64,000 nt of DNA from Malacoraja senta (lineage: Eukaryota): NCBI GenBank assembly GCA_038087875.1, contig CM075996.1, positions 1,054,001 to 1,118,000 of the forward strand, written 5' to 3'. The first letter of the stretch is position 1; every line of letters starts with the position of its first letter. The notes under the pieces were generated by a model, which was not told the origin of the DNA, ran no database searches, and was given only the letters and a program-made list of their open reading frames with translations. Below, in pieces: positions 36,021 to 48,840 of this stretch. The translations under genes were made by a program, and so were the position numbers.

Positions 36021-38626
36021 CAGCAAACCCCACCCAGCGGATAAAATTGCAGAACTCACCATCAGTTCACTGTTAAGTGAAAGATTGATGTGCAGTAGTT
36101 TCCAAAATCCAACACTTGTGCATACACACATGTATGTGGTTCTCCAGAACATTTGTTGAGTTCATTTCCCATGTGTGTACATGAAGGGTGAGGCAAAGTT
36201 TCAAACATGCTGACGAAGCAAATACAGAACATTCTTCAGTCAGTTGACTGTCATTAACCAGCTTGCATTCAATGCAGTGTGGTGTGTTGTTAGTAAGTTG
36301 GTCATTAGCTGAAATCCATTTATAATTATCAACAGTGACACTTTTGTGATGGTTCTGCAAATGGGAGAAGTAACGAGAGAGATTTATGTTCAATTAAATT
36401 TTAAGTTTGCATATTTCTGCTTTGTAAGAAAATACTTAATTGTACAAGAGACTGTCCCTAGTGAGGATTTGCCTTTCTGCTGCCTCCGACAGATCTCTGA
36501 CCTCATGTAGACGGGGAGAAAAAGGATGTTTCAAAACTCCTCCTGTGGAGATACCTATTAATCATGAGACAGCAGCCTATAAAAAGCGATTGGAAATTTC
36601 AATGAAAATTTCAAGTTTCCTATAAAATGCAGAATGTTTCATTTGTGCTTTGGAACCAAAGAATAAAAGGGTGTACTTGACCAATTTTTGTTTTGGGGGG
36701 GGGGGGAACGTGATGAGGTATTTTGTGACAGTACAGAGCATTAATCATAAATACAAATGCATTAAGTAAGAGTAGGCAGAGGCCACTCATCCCTCAAGTC
36801 TACACAATTGCTTAATAAGACAATGGATTTAATAAGACGATGGTAACCTCACTCTGCATTTCCATCTGTCCATGGTAACCTATCACCCCTTGTTTATTAA
36901 CTGTACCTGTTAATCAATCAAGGCAAGTTGAGCTTTCACTGAGAAGTCATTTGAAAGGAGTGTTCAGGACTAGCCAATTAATGGAGGGCTGATTTGGTGT
37001 CAGAATGGACATGAAGTAGAGGTTGCAGATGTGAGAGAAACCAGGGGGATACGTGGAAAACCCTAGTTACAGAGAGCAGTTCGGAACTGGAATTTGCTCC
37101 CCATGGGACCGCTGTAAATAGAATCAATCAGGACTTTCAAGGAAGTTGAGTAGGCATTGGAGAGAGAATTTTCAAAGTGACAGGAAGGAGCTGGAGAACG
37201 GGTCTGGAGGGATTGCTTGATCCTAAGCTTTGGCAAAGACTTGAGAGGTCAAAGAGCCTTCTATGCTGTCCCAGTTCAATAATTCAATGCTCTGAACATC
37301 TTCTGAACCCAATGCATATATCTATCAATTAGGTAGACACAAAATGCTGGATTAACTCAGCAGGTCATGCAGCATCACACATTCTTATCAATTTCTTATT
37401 TCTGAGTGTATATTTTGCCTCCGTGGATTTCTTCATGCGTGTCAGGAATTTATATTTTTGAGCAAATAAATTTAAATTGACTCAAATATTATTTCTATCC
37501 AAGCAGAATAAATTATAGTTTAAGACTTTTGTGTAAAACTGTTCGGCAAATAAATCCTAACTAAATTTACAAATGACATAAAGGAGTTTGATAATCGATG
37601 AGGAGAATAGTAATCTGGTGGACCATGATGGACATTGATGCAGAGAAGTGGAAAGCGCTTCCTCTGCCATGTGTGAGGAGAGCTGCATGGACAATTAATG
37701 CCATTGATGCTTTGTGAACGAATAAATTAAATTCCAGCCACCATACTTTAGGAAGGATGTGGAAGCCTGAGAGGGGATGCAGTAAAGACCAACTGAAAGG
37801 TTCTGAAGATGTTATTCCCCTTTGAGCATAGACGGTGTAGAAATCTGATAGAGGTTTCCGAGATCTCATTGAATCGTAAGGTTTACAACACGGAAACAGG
37901 CCCTCCAGCTCGCCTTGCGCGTCGAGAATTCAGGGAAGACGATAATTGATGGCCTTTTCTCTATTAGCTGAAGCATAGTCGATAAGAGCAGGAAGGTTAC
38001 GCTGGAACTGCATAAAGCAGCAGGGAGGCCCCAGCTTGAGGACTGCAGGCAGGTCTGGGCACCACTGTTCAGGAAGGATGTGAGAGCGGTAAAGAGGGGA
38101 TTTGAGGATTTACCAAGAGAATTTCAACCATGAAGGATGATTACCCAAACCGAGTGTTTATTGGATTGAACGAGGGAAATTGAAGAGATATATAACACCA
38201 AAAGCCCTAAAGTGAAGGGAAGAAGGCATTTCCCTTTGAGGCATGTAGCTGGATGCATAGATTTAATACAGATGGTAGAAGGTATGGAGAGGAAGGTGGG
38301 GTGGTAAGGGTCTCGAACGCATTGCTGAAGGGGATAATTAAACTTTCATACCATTTTAATGTACTGTATATGGCTTTGCCATAACCTGCAAGGCTGTGGA
38401 CCAGAGGGTGGACATTGACATTGGCTAACTCTCTGCAGCAGGACCAGATCAGATGCCATGTATCAAACCGAGAATAAAGAGTAGTCGTCTGTCCTATCCG
38501 CGCTCTCCTTCTACACTGCTTCTCTCAACGTAATCTGACTGGGGGACATTACAGGGCTCAATATTATGCCCCTCCTATTGCCAGTATCACCACCTCTCGT
38601 CTCACTGTTTGCTTTGCTGTGTTAAT

Positions 38627-38886
38627 CAGGCATGAGATTTCTCTGCGGATCCGCGGATTTTGTAATTCGGTATAAAAAAAAATCTGCCTAAATCTCCGCT
38701 TAAATGCCTTTCCGCGACACAGTGAGCCCCTGCGCCGATGGTTGAGTGCGTGGAAATCCGCGGAGTTGATTTTAGCGGAAAGCGTGTACGCGGGTGCGGG
38801 CCGACCGTCTTTGCATACAAATCTCTACGGCCAGCGCTCAGCTCCGCACATGTAGAGTAGCGGTTTTCCTCTGTCCCCCATGCCTA
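38627..38886. mobile_element. CpG-rich possible hAT-type MITE
   Basis: Short inverted ends caggcatg...catgccta and CCGCGG-rich interior; no clear 8-bp TSD. Confidence 0.4.
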
Positions 38887-39227
38887 CAGTACCGGGGTTG
38901 GGACGGGGAGCAGGGTGTTACGTACACGTACACAACACTCACATTGTATTCAAGAATCTGTATGGCATAGACACTACAATGTTCTTTCTTACCTGATTCA
39001 ATGTGTTATTGTGAGGTAAAATGTGTCATTGTGAGGTATAATTAAAAATAATTACAGTATAAATTAAGGGTAAACAAGTAGGGAAATTGTCTCATTTCAA
39101 GGTATAGTTATCAAAAATTCCCTGTGTAAAGGATACTTCTTTCTAGAGTAAACAAGCAAGGAACAGGTATCATGTTACGAGTAGGTGTAATATTTTCAAT
39201 ATGACAAGTGTAAACAAGCAAGGAGTT

Positions 39228-39321
39228 GGAAGGTAGACAATTGCTGGAGAAACTCAGCTGGTGAGGCAGCATCTATGGAGCAAAGGGATAGGTGATGTTT
39301 CGAGTCGAGACCCTTCTTCAG
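39228..39321 (-). mobile_element. Penelope-tail mini-insertion with 12-bp TSD
   Basis: TSD aagcaaggagtt at 39216-39227 and 39322-39333. Confidence 0.85.
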
Positions 39322-41760
39322 AAGCAAGGAGTTTGTGTCATTTTACAGTATGATTATCACATATTTTCTATGTAAATTAAGTGACAAGCAAGTAAAATGT
39401 GTTATTTTGGTGCAATTAAAAAAATCACAGTATAAATTTAGGGTAAACAGGCAAGAAAACAGTGTCATTTCAAGGTACAATTATCAAAAATGTTCTGCAT
39501 AAAGGGGAAATGTTCTGCCCCCTTTATGTGGAATATTTTTGATAATTCCCCCTGGACCCCTATCTCTCTTCCTCTTTTTTCAGTTTTTTCCTGTCTATGC
39601 CTGATTAATGTTTTCATGCAATCCTTCCAAATCCAACCGTCCATTTCATTCTTTCTTTCTCCATTTGCATTGTGACAAAATATTTCCAGTTTGGTTAATG
39701 TTCATTGACCCAGAACACGCATAATATTTTGAGCAATTTGTTCTCTACCACCATGTTCTTCCATATCTACGGAATTTTCATTCTGCATTATTTGCTGCTT
39801 TTCAGTCTGATAGTATGAGCTACATTTTGGGTTTCTCTGTTTAATCTTGGCAGTACTGAAGCTGTAAAACCATAGCTGCTTAGCAAAATGCTAGTCTTGC
39901 GCAGTCAGTGCCAATCCCAATATAACTTTCCTGGATTCCGTTCAGTGGACGTGGCTGGATGCCAGGCTGCTTCAGTAAGTAGGTCTGTACTGGGATTTCT
40001 CTAGAGGTGGCAAGCCAACATCCCACCAGTAGCCAATGTAAAGCCAGCTAGAGACAGGAGATTAATATTGTTGCCAGTCGGAAGAGCTCTGCAGAACACG
40101 ATGTATTCAGTCACAGAGGGAGAGTTGAGAGTAAATTATGGGGAAATTACTCCTGTGTTCTGTCTATGGCAGTCTGCAGCTCCTGGCTGTTTGCCATTTT
40201 AATTCCTCTTCCCGTTCCCACACCAACCATGCCACTTCACACTGACCACTTCCCCTCTACTCCATCAGTCCATACAAACGATCTTGACCCAAAACGTTGA
40301 CTGGCCATTTCCCTCTGCAGATACTGTTTGACCCACTGAATTTTTCCAATAGATTGTCTTTTTGCACCAGATTCCAGCATCTGCATTCTTTTGCTCCTCT
40401 GTAATTTATGGGATTTGTATGATTCTAGCATTGCTTATTGTCCAACCCCAAGAGCCATAACTTGAAGAGACAGTTAAGAGTTGACCATATTGTTGGGACA
40501 GGGTGACGTACAGGTTGGATTTGCGACGGCCAGCAGAGTTCCTTCCCTGAAAGGCATTCGTCGGCCAGATGCGGTTTTACAGCAATCTGGTGGTTTTGTG
40601 GTTACTGAGAAGTCTTTACTTTTAAGTTCCAAATTGATTTAATTGCTTGAATTTGTGCCTCAGAATCAATGGTCCATATCTCTGGCAGCAAGTTCAATGA
40701 CTTAACCACTGGCCTACTGTGTTCTTTCTTGCTACTTGAGGCATATAATGGCAGTCATGACAATGGGGAATAATACATTCTTTCCAAGCTGATGTAAAAT
40801 GAGATCCCATGAAAGTTTTGAATGCTTTAGTACTTGTGTAGAAATGAGCCTAATGTTTTCAACTACAGTCAAACCAAATAGGAGGTTGCACCCTTTCTCT
40901 CTGGCTGAATGCAGTGGTTTGACTGGAATGTGTGGTTCCATGGAAATGAGCACATTCGTACTCTTTGAAGACAATGACTATTTGGATGGCATTTTGAGCC
41001 TGGGGAAAAGTTATTAGGCTGAGCTTCTTCTGTTGTGAGTTAGATAGAAAGATGCTCCTTCAATGTGATCTGTCATTCAAGCTTGTGAATGCTCGCTTCC
41101 CCTGTGTTCTTTGTACTCAGAATTAGAATGTACTTGCTAGTTATGTGTTCAAATAGCTTCAAACATGCTCGTAACATGTAGAGTGTAATGGCTGAAGGCA
41201 GGCAAATGTGAACGCAAATTACATTTTGCATTCCTATTTGTGCCTGTCAAAAAATAACTCTCTCCCCTAGTCTTGTTAACAAACATTTAGGTAACTGGAA
41301 AGAGCCTGGAACCTGAGATATGTTCCCTCCCATCCCCCCCTTTTTATAAATTGTGTTTATTTAACAGTGTAAAATGTGGAGGGAAACTATTGAAATTCCA
41401 ACCAGCTGCTAGACAGCCTTTGTGGAGACTTGTCACTTTCCTTCTGATACCCAGGGCTACAATTCAGCGATACAAGGACTGCAGTTTGTGTATTCTGTAT
41501 TTAGGAGGGCATTTCAGTTCACTTTCCTCGCAGACAGTTAACTCTCCTTGAGTATATCTTTTCATTTCTTAAAAACCCAATAGGGAAAGAGGTCTAATCG
41601 TGACACGCAATAAGTTAAAGATAGTTTTGGATTAAATAAAAGCTCATAATGCTGCCAAGCAGAGCCACAAGCTCAGGAATTGGGACGCTTCAGAATTCTG
41701 CAAGGAAGGACCAAGGCTTGACTAAGAGAAGGCAAAGAAGGATGCAACTAACATAAAAGC

Positions 41761-41848
41761 GGGTCTCCACCCCAAACGTCACCTATCCATGTTCTCCAGA
41801 GATGCTGCCTGACCCGCTGAATTACTCCAGCATTTTGTGTCTACCTTC
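41761..41848 (+). mobile_element. Penelope-tail mini-insertion
   Basis: TSD aacataaaagc/aacgtaaaagc. Confidence 0.75.
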
Positions 41849-41870
41849 AACGTAAAAGCCAACCCCAGCA

Positions 41871-42063
41871 TAGACGCTCCCCGATTTACGATGCTTCGAC
41901 TTGCGATATTTTGACTTTACAATCGGCAAATGCTCGGCAGCGAGCTGCACGCCACTTCCGGTCACGTGAGCGCAATGTATTACATGCGTTTTAGACTTGC
42001 GATATTTTCGATTTGCGATGGGTTTATCGGAACGTGACCACATCGTAGGTCGAGGAGCAGCTG
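41871..42063. mobile_element. Tigger/pogo-type (Tc1/mariner) MITE
   Basis: TIR-like ends tagacgctccccgatttacgatg / catcgtaggtcgaggagcagctg, followed by TA; internal gacttgcgatatttt repeats. Confidence 0.7.
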
Positions 42064-42107
42064 TAGCTTGTGCAGACAAGTAAAACGTCAACAAACGTTA
42101 ATATTAA

Positions 42108-42292
42108 TGTCTAAGAAAGAACTGCAGATGCTGGAAAAATCGAAGGTAGACAAAAACTCTGGAGAAACTCAGCGGGTGAGGCAGCATCTATGGAGCGAAG
42201 GAATAGATGGAAGATGAATAGAAGGAATAGATCCTTCACTCCATAGATGCTGCCTCACCCGCTCAGTTTCTCCAGCATTTTTGTCTATCTGC
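42108..42292. mobile_element. Palindromic Penelope-tail insertion lacking the ribozyme core
   Basis: ctggagaaactcagcgggtgaggcagcatctatggag paired with its reverse complement. Confidence 0.75.
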
Positions 42293-42535
42293 TAAACATT
42301 GATCTCATCTAACAAATTGCTAAATATGTTGCTCTGAGCCTTCTTACCTGGATCAAAGAGTCCACGATAAAGCAATGACACCCTTTTCCAATGTCCTTAA
42401 ATTTTATATTGGAGTCTGCAAGGCCAAAAGTTCATCGACTGCACAACTCTTTTCATTAGAAAAATTGAGTTGGGACGAAATGTTCACTAATATGAAAAGA
42501 TTGTTTCAAGCAATTCCTTATTTTTCTACTTTCAG

Positions 42536-42698
42536 CTTGGAGAAGTCTTTGCAGGGTGTCTTTGTTAGTCGCCAAGAGATTCAAAGGGACTACTTGGAAT
42601 TGGAAGCTCATGCTAAAGAAATGGAGCTGAAGGCTTTCTTTCGACTGCGGGACCAAGAACGGATTAAAATACTGTGTACTGAGCAGCAATTGGAACAG
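42536..42698 (+). CDS. KIF18B: Coding exon 9 (LEKSLQGVFVSRQEIQRDYLELE...EQQLEQ)
   Basis: TTTCAG acceptor, phase 2 in, CAG|GTACGA donor. Confidence 0.88.
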
Positions 42699-44194
42699 GT
42701 ACGAGCCTTCACTTTAAACTGGCACAGCTGTGTTTGCAGGCAAGGCCTGGCTAGTGGGTGGTTTAAGTTAATAGTTTATGAGGATGCATTTTGTGGGGAG
42801 TTAAACATGTAGCTTCATATTCAAGGGTAATCTGAATGGAAAATATTGAAAATATTTTTCACATTAATAGTTTTGTAATAATTAAGAATAGTCAAAACTA
42901 TATAAACCCACTGCCACTGTGCGATTCCTGCCTACAAACCTCCCCCTTCATATTTTTGTCATGCTTGTCAATGATATTTGATTGTAATTTCCAGGTACTG
43001 TATCTCCCTGCAATGCTAACGACCTTGTTTGTCATGCAGCAGTTGGGTGTCCGTTGCTGCAATGAAACCTCCTTTCTTTCTTCTGAACTCCAGTAGATAT
43101 AGGTCTAACATAGGCCTGACACACCCAATAAACGTGCTAGCCCCTTTGTGCCTGCATTTGACTCGTATTTCTCTAAATCCTTCCTATCCATATATGTCAT
43201 ACATCGTAGCCACAGGCTCTTCACTGACCAACATGCCCCCATCTACATTAGTCTTACTTGCTTGTGTTTGGCCCCTATCCCTAAAACCCAACCTATCCAT
43301 GTAAACGTTTCTTAAACATTGCGATAATACCTGCCATTTCACTTAAATCATTGGACGAGATTAAATCATACAGTGGGCTGCTGCTGTGCTTTTGGAGAGA
43401 GGCACTGAAGGGGAAGAAGAACAGTGTCTCCAGGGGAAGTGGAGATCATGGGATCAACACTGTCCTTCAGGCCAAGCCGGTTTGACAATTTATTTAAGAA
43501 AATAAAACAAACAAAATATCAAAAGATTTTCTGTGAAGATATCTGTGATAATTGCACTTCAGAGATATAATATACAGTTAATCCAAAAGAGCTCATGTAC
43601 TAATAGATAAATTCATCCAAACGTTACAGCTCCAGCTGGTGAACTACTAGGAGCAGCTGCTGGAAATATGTCAGAACTAATAAATAACAAATAAGTAAAA
43701 GACAGATGAATAGCCATCAAAAAAGTATTTATCTTTTTCAAATTATGCTGTTGCATATGCTGCCTGAGCCCTCTTCGTATTGGGATAAGGAACCTGTGTT
43801 TTAGTTGCCTTGCCTGCAGGAACATGACCAAAGGTTGCCAAGAGGGTAAAACAGGCTGCATGCGTCTCATGGCCATGGTAAATACATAGGTGGGAAGATG
43901 CAGGGAAACAAGCAGCAATGACTCTCCCCATTAATCATTTAAAAGAACAAGAGTTATGGTCGCCCACTTTTGCACAGTCATAGTCAGAATGTGTGTTTCC
44001 CTCCAAAAATCCATGGACTTTGATATGTTTTACAGGCCAGATCAGTACTGACTAAATCTTACAGTCAGTGGTGCTACTTTTGAAATGGAGTTGTAATCTG
44101 CAGTTCTACTAACTCGTGTAGACAAAACAAACTTAGCCACTTTTCTCAAAGAATAAAACCACAATTCCTTAAACGGAGTCGCAGGCAGATAGAG

Positions 44195-44772
44195 GTGAAG
44201 AAGGCTTTTGACACGCTGACCTTCACTAGTCAGGGAATTGAACATAGATGTTTGGACATGAGATTTGAGTTGTACAAGATATTGGTGAGATATTTGGAGT
44301 ATTATATTCAGTTTTGGTCGAAAGATGCCATTATGGTGGAAAGGGTACAGAAGATTTACAAGGATCTTGCCAGGACAATAGGGCCAGAGCTATAGGATGA
44401 GGCTGAACAAGCCTAGGACTTTATTCCTTGGAGTGCATTAGGCTACAGACAATAGGTGCAGGAGTAAGTCATTCGGCCCTTCAAGCCAACACCGCCATTC
44501 AATGTGATCATGGCTGATCATCCCCAATCAGTACCCTGTTCCTGCTTCCCCCCCCACCCCCCATATCCCCTGACTCCGCTATCTTCAAGAGCCCTATCTT
44601 GCTCTCTCTTGAAATCGCTATGGGGCAATCTTATTGAGATGTATCAAATCATGAGGGGCATAGATAGGGTGATGCAGTCTTTTTTCCAGGATCTGGAAAT
44701 TAAGAGCTAGAGGTTTATGGACAGAGTTGCAAGATTTTATAGGAATCTGATGGGCAATTCTTTTACACAGAG
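44195..44772 (+). mobile_element. Degraded CR1 3' region with a nested minus-strand CR1 tail (~44445-44615)
   Basis: LYKILVRYLEYYIQFWS-like motif; inverted CR1 3' UTR inside. Confidence 0.7.
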
Positions 44773-44969
44773 AACACCCACTTTCACAGTAGGTGTGTAA
44801 CGTTTTGGGTCGAGACCCTTCTTCAGACAATAAAGGGTCTGCTTTCATAGTTCCAGAAAATGCTGTGCCTTTGGTTTGTGTCTATTCTGGTGATGGGATA
44901 AAGAATGCAACGTAACCATGTGATGCATGAATCGATTTACAGTCACTAATTACACTCCTAATCGGGCAG

Positions 44970-45134
44970 GCTTCCTGTAAGTTTGAACGCAGCCAGGCTT
45001 CGTCCAGTCGGCGCCATGACCATGTCCTGGAGAAAATGCAACAGAATGAAGAGAGACTGAAGGAGAATGGACGTCTCATATCCCAGCTGGGAACTAAAGT
45101 TGGTTCTGATGGTAAAACCACAATGTTCCCTCAG
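44970..45134 (+). CDS. KIF18B: Coding exon 10 (ASCKFERS...TTMFPQ)
   Basis: CAG acceptor, CAG|GTAAGG donor, 165 nt, open frame. Confidence 0.8.
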
Positions 45135-45701
45135 GTAAGGGAGGGATGAACTTCTGGAATGTATGTCATTCTTCTGGGCATAATGTCTGAGTGCAACACA
45201 TTTTAGTAACTCTTTCCTGCTCTCATGAAATGGGATCGGTTTACCTTAAAGTAGTTTAAAGTAACATTGGTACCATAGTTGCTGGAAAATTACTTTTTAA
45301 AAACTGACCAAACCTCTGCAAGCTGTGGGGTCTAAGTCAGAAGGCCATGTATACAACTCCTGTAGGTGAAGACATTTAGACCTTTCTGCCTTCTGGTGAA
45401 TGAGTTCAGATTTAATCAGTGCGGCTGAAACAAGACCTCATCAAACACATTGAGGTTCGTAACCTCTGCAGTTTCACCTGCCGGCTAATTACAAACATTA
45501 ACAGCAGCAGCTTCTGGAGAGAATCTTGATCCAAATTCCAAGCGCTCCTATGTCCCGGAGGGAATGTAGAGAACACACGCGGGGATGCAACTGGTGGGAA
45601 AACAGCTGGATGCTCACCGTGCTGGGGTGAAATGTTACCAACACTATTGTCTCAGTTTGTAAATCCTCTCCTTTTCTCCTAAATTATTTATTGCTGAACA
45701 G

Positions 45702-45823
45702 ATCCAGAAACTGAGTTTGCAGAAGCTTCTATTAGAGGCTGAAGTGAGCAATTGCAAGCAACACAGCAATTCAATGACTCGCCTGCTGACACTGCAAGAC
45801 CGAGACGGTCGACAGACAGAAAA
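45702..45823 (+). CDS. KIF18B: Coding exon 11 (IQKLSLQKLLLEAEV...RQTE)
   Basis: CAG acceptor, AA|GTAAGA donor, phase 2. Confidence 0.82.
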
Positions 45824-46321
45824 GTAAGAAGCCGCCTGATGCCTTCTGTTAACCCAGCTTAAGGTTTTGGTCACTGTGGATGTATCAGCATTTGTCCATG
45901 AAGACTGCAGCGTACAAAGTCACACTGGGAATGCACTAGGCGTCATCCCAGTCCTGTGCAGAGGCGGTTAACCTTGAAACATAATGGGAAGTTAAGCCAG
46001 TGAATCGGTCCTAAGTCAAAACAAGGCGACGGGGAAGGAAAGCAGCCTGTCTCTCTGCTTTTATCTGCCGTTGTATGCTTCTGGTTAGGAGCGGGGGACA
46101 AGACGGAGCATGCATGTGGTTGCTTCCAAGTCTGATTAATGTACCAAACTCTCACTAGGCCAATTATTTCAGAGCTATAATTTACGCAGGGAAAGGTGTT
46201 GAAATGATTGGTGTGGAAACTGGAATGAGAACAGTCAAACAAGAACCCTGTGATTGTGAAGGACTCTGTACTGTGCTGGGTATGAACAGGGTTCTTTCAC
46301 CTCAAGCAGGGACCAGTACGG

Positions 46322-46564
46322 AGTTTAGTTTGGAGATTCAGTGCAGAAACAGGCCTTTCGGGTTCGCGAGTTTTACACTTATACCAAGCCAATTAACCTA
46401 CAAACCTGTATGTCTTTGGAGTGTGGGAGGAAACCGAAGATCTCGGAGAAAACTCATTCGGGTCGCAGGGAGAACGTACAAAATCCGTGCAGACAGCACC
46501 CGTAGTCAGTTTCGAACCCGGGTCGCTGGGGCCTTAAGGCAGCAACTCTGCCGCTGTGCCACCC
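46322..46564 (-). mobile_element. HE1-like tRNA-derived V-SINE
   Basis: Reverse complement of the 51465 copy, with A/B-box head and CR1-type tail. Confidence 0.85.
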
Positions 46565-47891
46565 GGTTAGTTGCTTCACTGGCCCCACATCCTGCCTTTT
46601 GCACCAAGGTGACTCCAAAACTGCAATCAGTTGTCAACTTTCACCAAGTTGGTAAACGTCAGAATTGCTGCCTGTTTAGTGGCACAATGATGCATTTTTA
46701 CGTGGATTATGAGATGATTGTTTCTTAAGTACTCTTAGGCAGGTGAATCTCTTTCTGCCAGTGTTAGATAGAAGAAATATGCGGCCATATACTTGTACCA
46801 GGGCATTGCTAATTATGGGATCACCGCTCCGAGGCATGACAGATGCCTTGCGCCACTCTGGATCTAAATATTACTGGGTTCGAGGGATTAGTGGTGCAAT
46901 GTTTACAATAAACTGGTAATAGCTTGGAATTGGGACCTTGTGTGCATGTCCTGGATTAGTTGACCATTAGGTTTGATACTCAATCCAGTAAATGCTAACA
47001 CCATCCATGGATTTGGGGCCAGACACCAACTCCTTACTATACCTCTTCCATGAACAAGACTACACTTTTGATTGCTGTTCTCACCCAGAGAGCATCATTC
47101 CTTGCATGAATTTACAGGATCTTTGACGTTAATGGCAAGCATGCATCTGAAATGTCACAACTTGGTTTTTCTCACTCCAGGTATTCATTACTCTGTGTTT
47201 TTTGTGAACTCAAATAGGCTTCAGTTACATAGGAAAACCGCAGATGCAGAACATACAACAGTGCAGAGCGGGATCAGGCCCTGCGGCCCACAATGACTGT
47301 GCCAAGATAAACTAATCTCATCTGCCAAATCTGTATTCAATGTTGACAATACTGCAAGCGATCAGCAGCTTGTGTGGACGGAGCAGACACGTTATTTTCA
47401 GGGGTGACCAAAACATATTGCTGATAAAAGAGTATTTTTTTTAAAATAACCGAGATAAGAAAATCAAAAAATGTCCCAGTAACGAGCTTAAACGCAAAGG
47501 CCCGTATTCTACTAATTAAAAAAAAAACAGGCTTAACTCTGCAATTTAGACTCGACGGCGGGTTTAAATCCCTGATATTTAGACTAAAGTCTAAGTTTTC
47601 TTTCTACTAATCGCCAAAGCTTAGACTGACCTTAGACTAGAGTCTAACTTGCCGCAAAATTTTGACTCGGCAGGGGGCAGGTTTAAGGAAGGTTTAAGCT
47701 CGCTACGGAGAGAAAAAATGTCCGTTCATGTTGAATTCTATAGTGTGTTGTGTCTTGTTTTATTTTTTTTATTTTATAGTGATATACGGTAATCAACATT
47801 TTCTCAGAAAAAAATACTTTTAATGTCAGTTAAACAGAAGAAGGGATAGGACATTTTTAAAAGAGAAATTCTTTCATTGTCTCTGTCAATT

Positions 47892-48772
47892 GGTCGGTAG
47901 GGGCGCTGCAAGCTGGCAGCCCTGCCAGCAGGGTGTTCGTTTTTCCTACTTTTTTTGTTTTTTTTGTGTGTCTTAATGTGTGTTTTTAATGTCTCTCTAT
48001 GTGTCTTGTGTGGGGGGGGGTAAGGGGGAAACCGTTTCAGTCGCCTCCTCCACGGAGAGGCGACTTTTTCCATGTCGCCTCCCCCGTGGCCTAACATCGA
48101 GGATCGGTGCGGCCTTTCCCGGAGACATGCCCGGGGCCGTGTGCGCAGCGAGGATGCTTTCCTCGCGGAGCGGGCGGGCCCTCGCTGGAGGGGAGCACTC
48201 CATTCGCTGGCCCGCGGCAGCCTGAAGCCGCGGTCTGCAGAGCTCCAGCTGGCGCTGCGACCACAGCCTGGGATCTCTCGTTGGGCACCCGGGAGAAGAG
48301 CTCCGACCGCCGGCCAACTTCTACCGTGGGGGGCAGCGGGGACTTACCATGCGGAGCCTGGGATCCCTTGCCAGGGATCCCTGGAGAGGAGCTCCGACCG
48401 CCGGCCGTGCTGTCTGCGGTGATTCTGGTTGCGACGCGGCGGGGACTTAAGATCTTCGACCGCCGGCCTGCGGCCGACACCAACTTGAAGCCGCGGTCTC
48501 CGGTGGGGAGGCACCGATTCTGGACTTACCTTGTCTGAACATCTGGACGCCAACTGCGGAGGGTTGAGGTCCCGACCACGGGGGAAAATGGAGGAGGACT
48601 GGCCAATTTTTGTGCCTTCCATCACAGTGATGAATGCTGTGGTGGATGTTTGTGTTAAATTTTTATTGTGTATTGTGTGTTCTTTTTTTTATTGTACCGC
48701 TGCTGGCAAATTCACTTCACTTGCTCTTTATGTGCAAGTGACGAATAAAACTTGACCTGACTTGACTTGACT
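47892..48772 (+). mobile_element. Non-autonomous GC-rich retro-element A with a Rex/Babar-like 3' tail
   Basis: Ends ...gtgacgaataaaa(cttga)n; internal repeats gagctccgaccgccggcc and gaagccgcggtct. Confidence 0.65.
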
Positions 48773-48840
48773 AGGAACTTTCCAACGAATGCATGGTGAT
48801 GATGCAGGTTTATCACAGCCATCTATGTCACGTATAGTCC

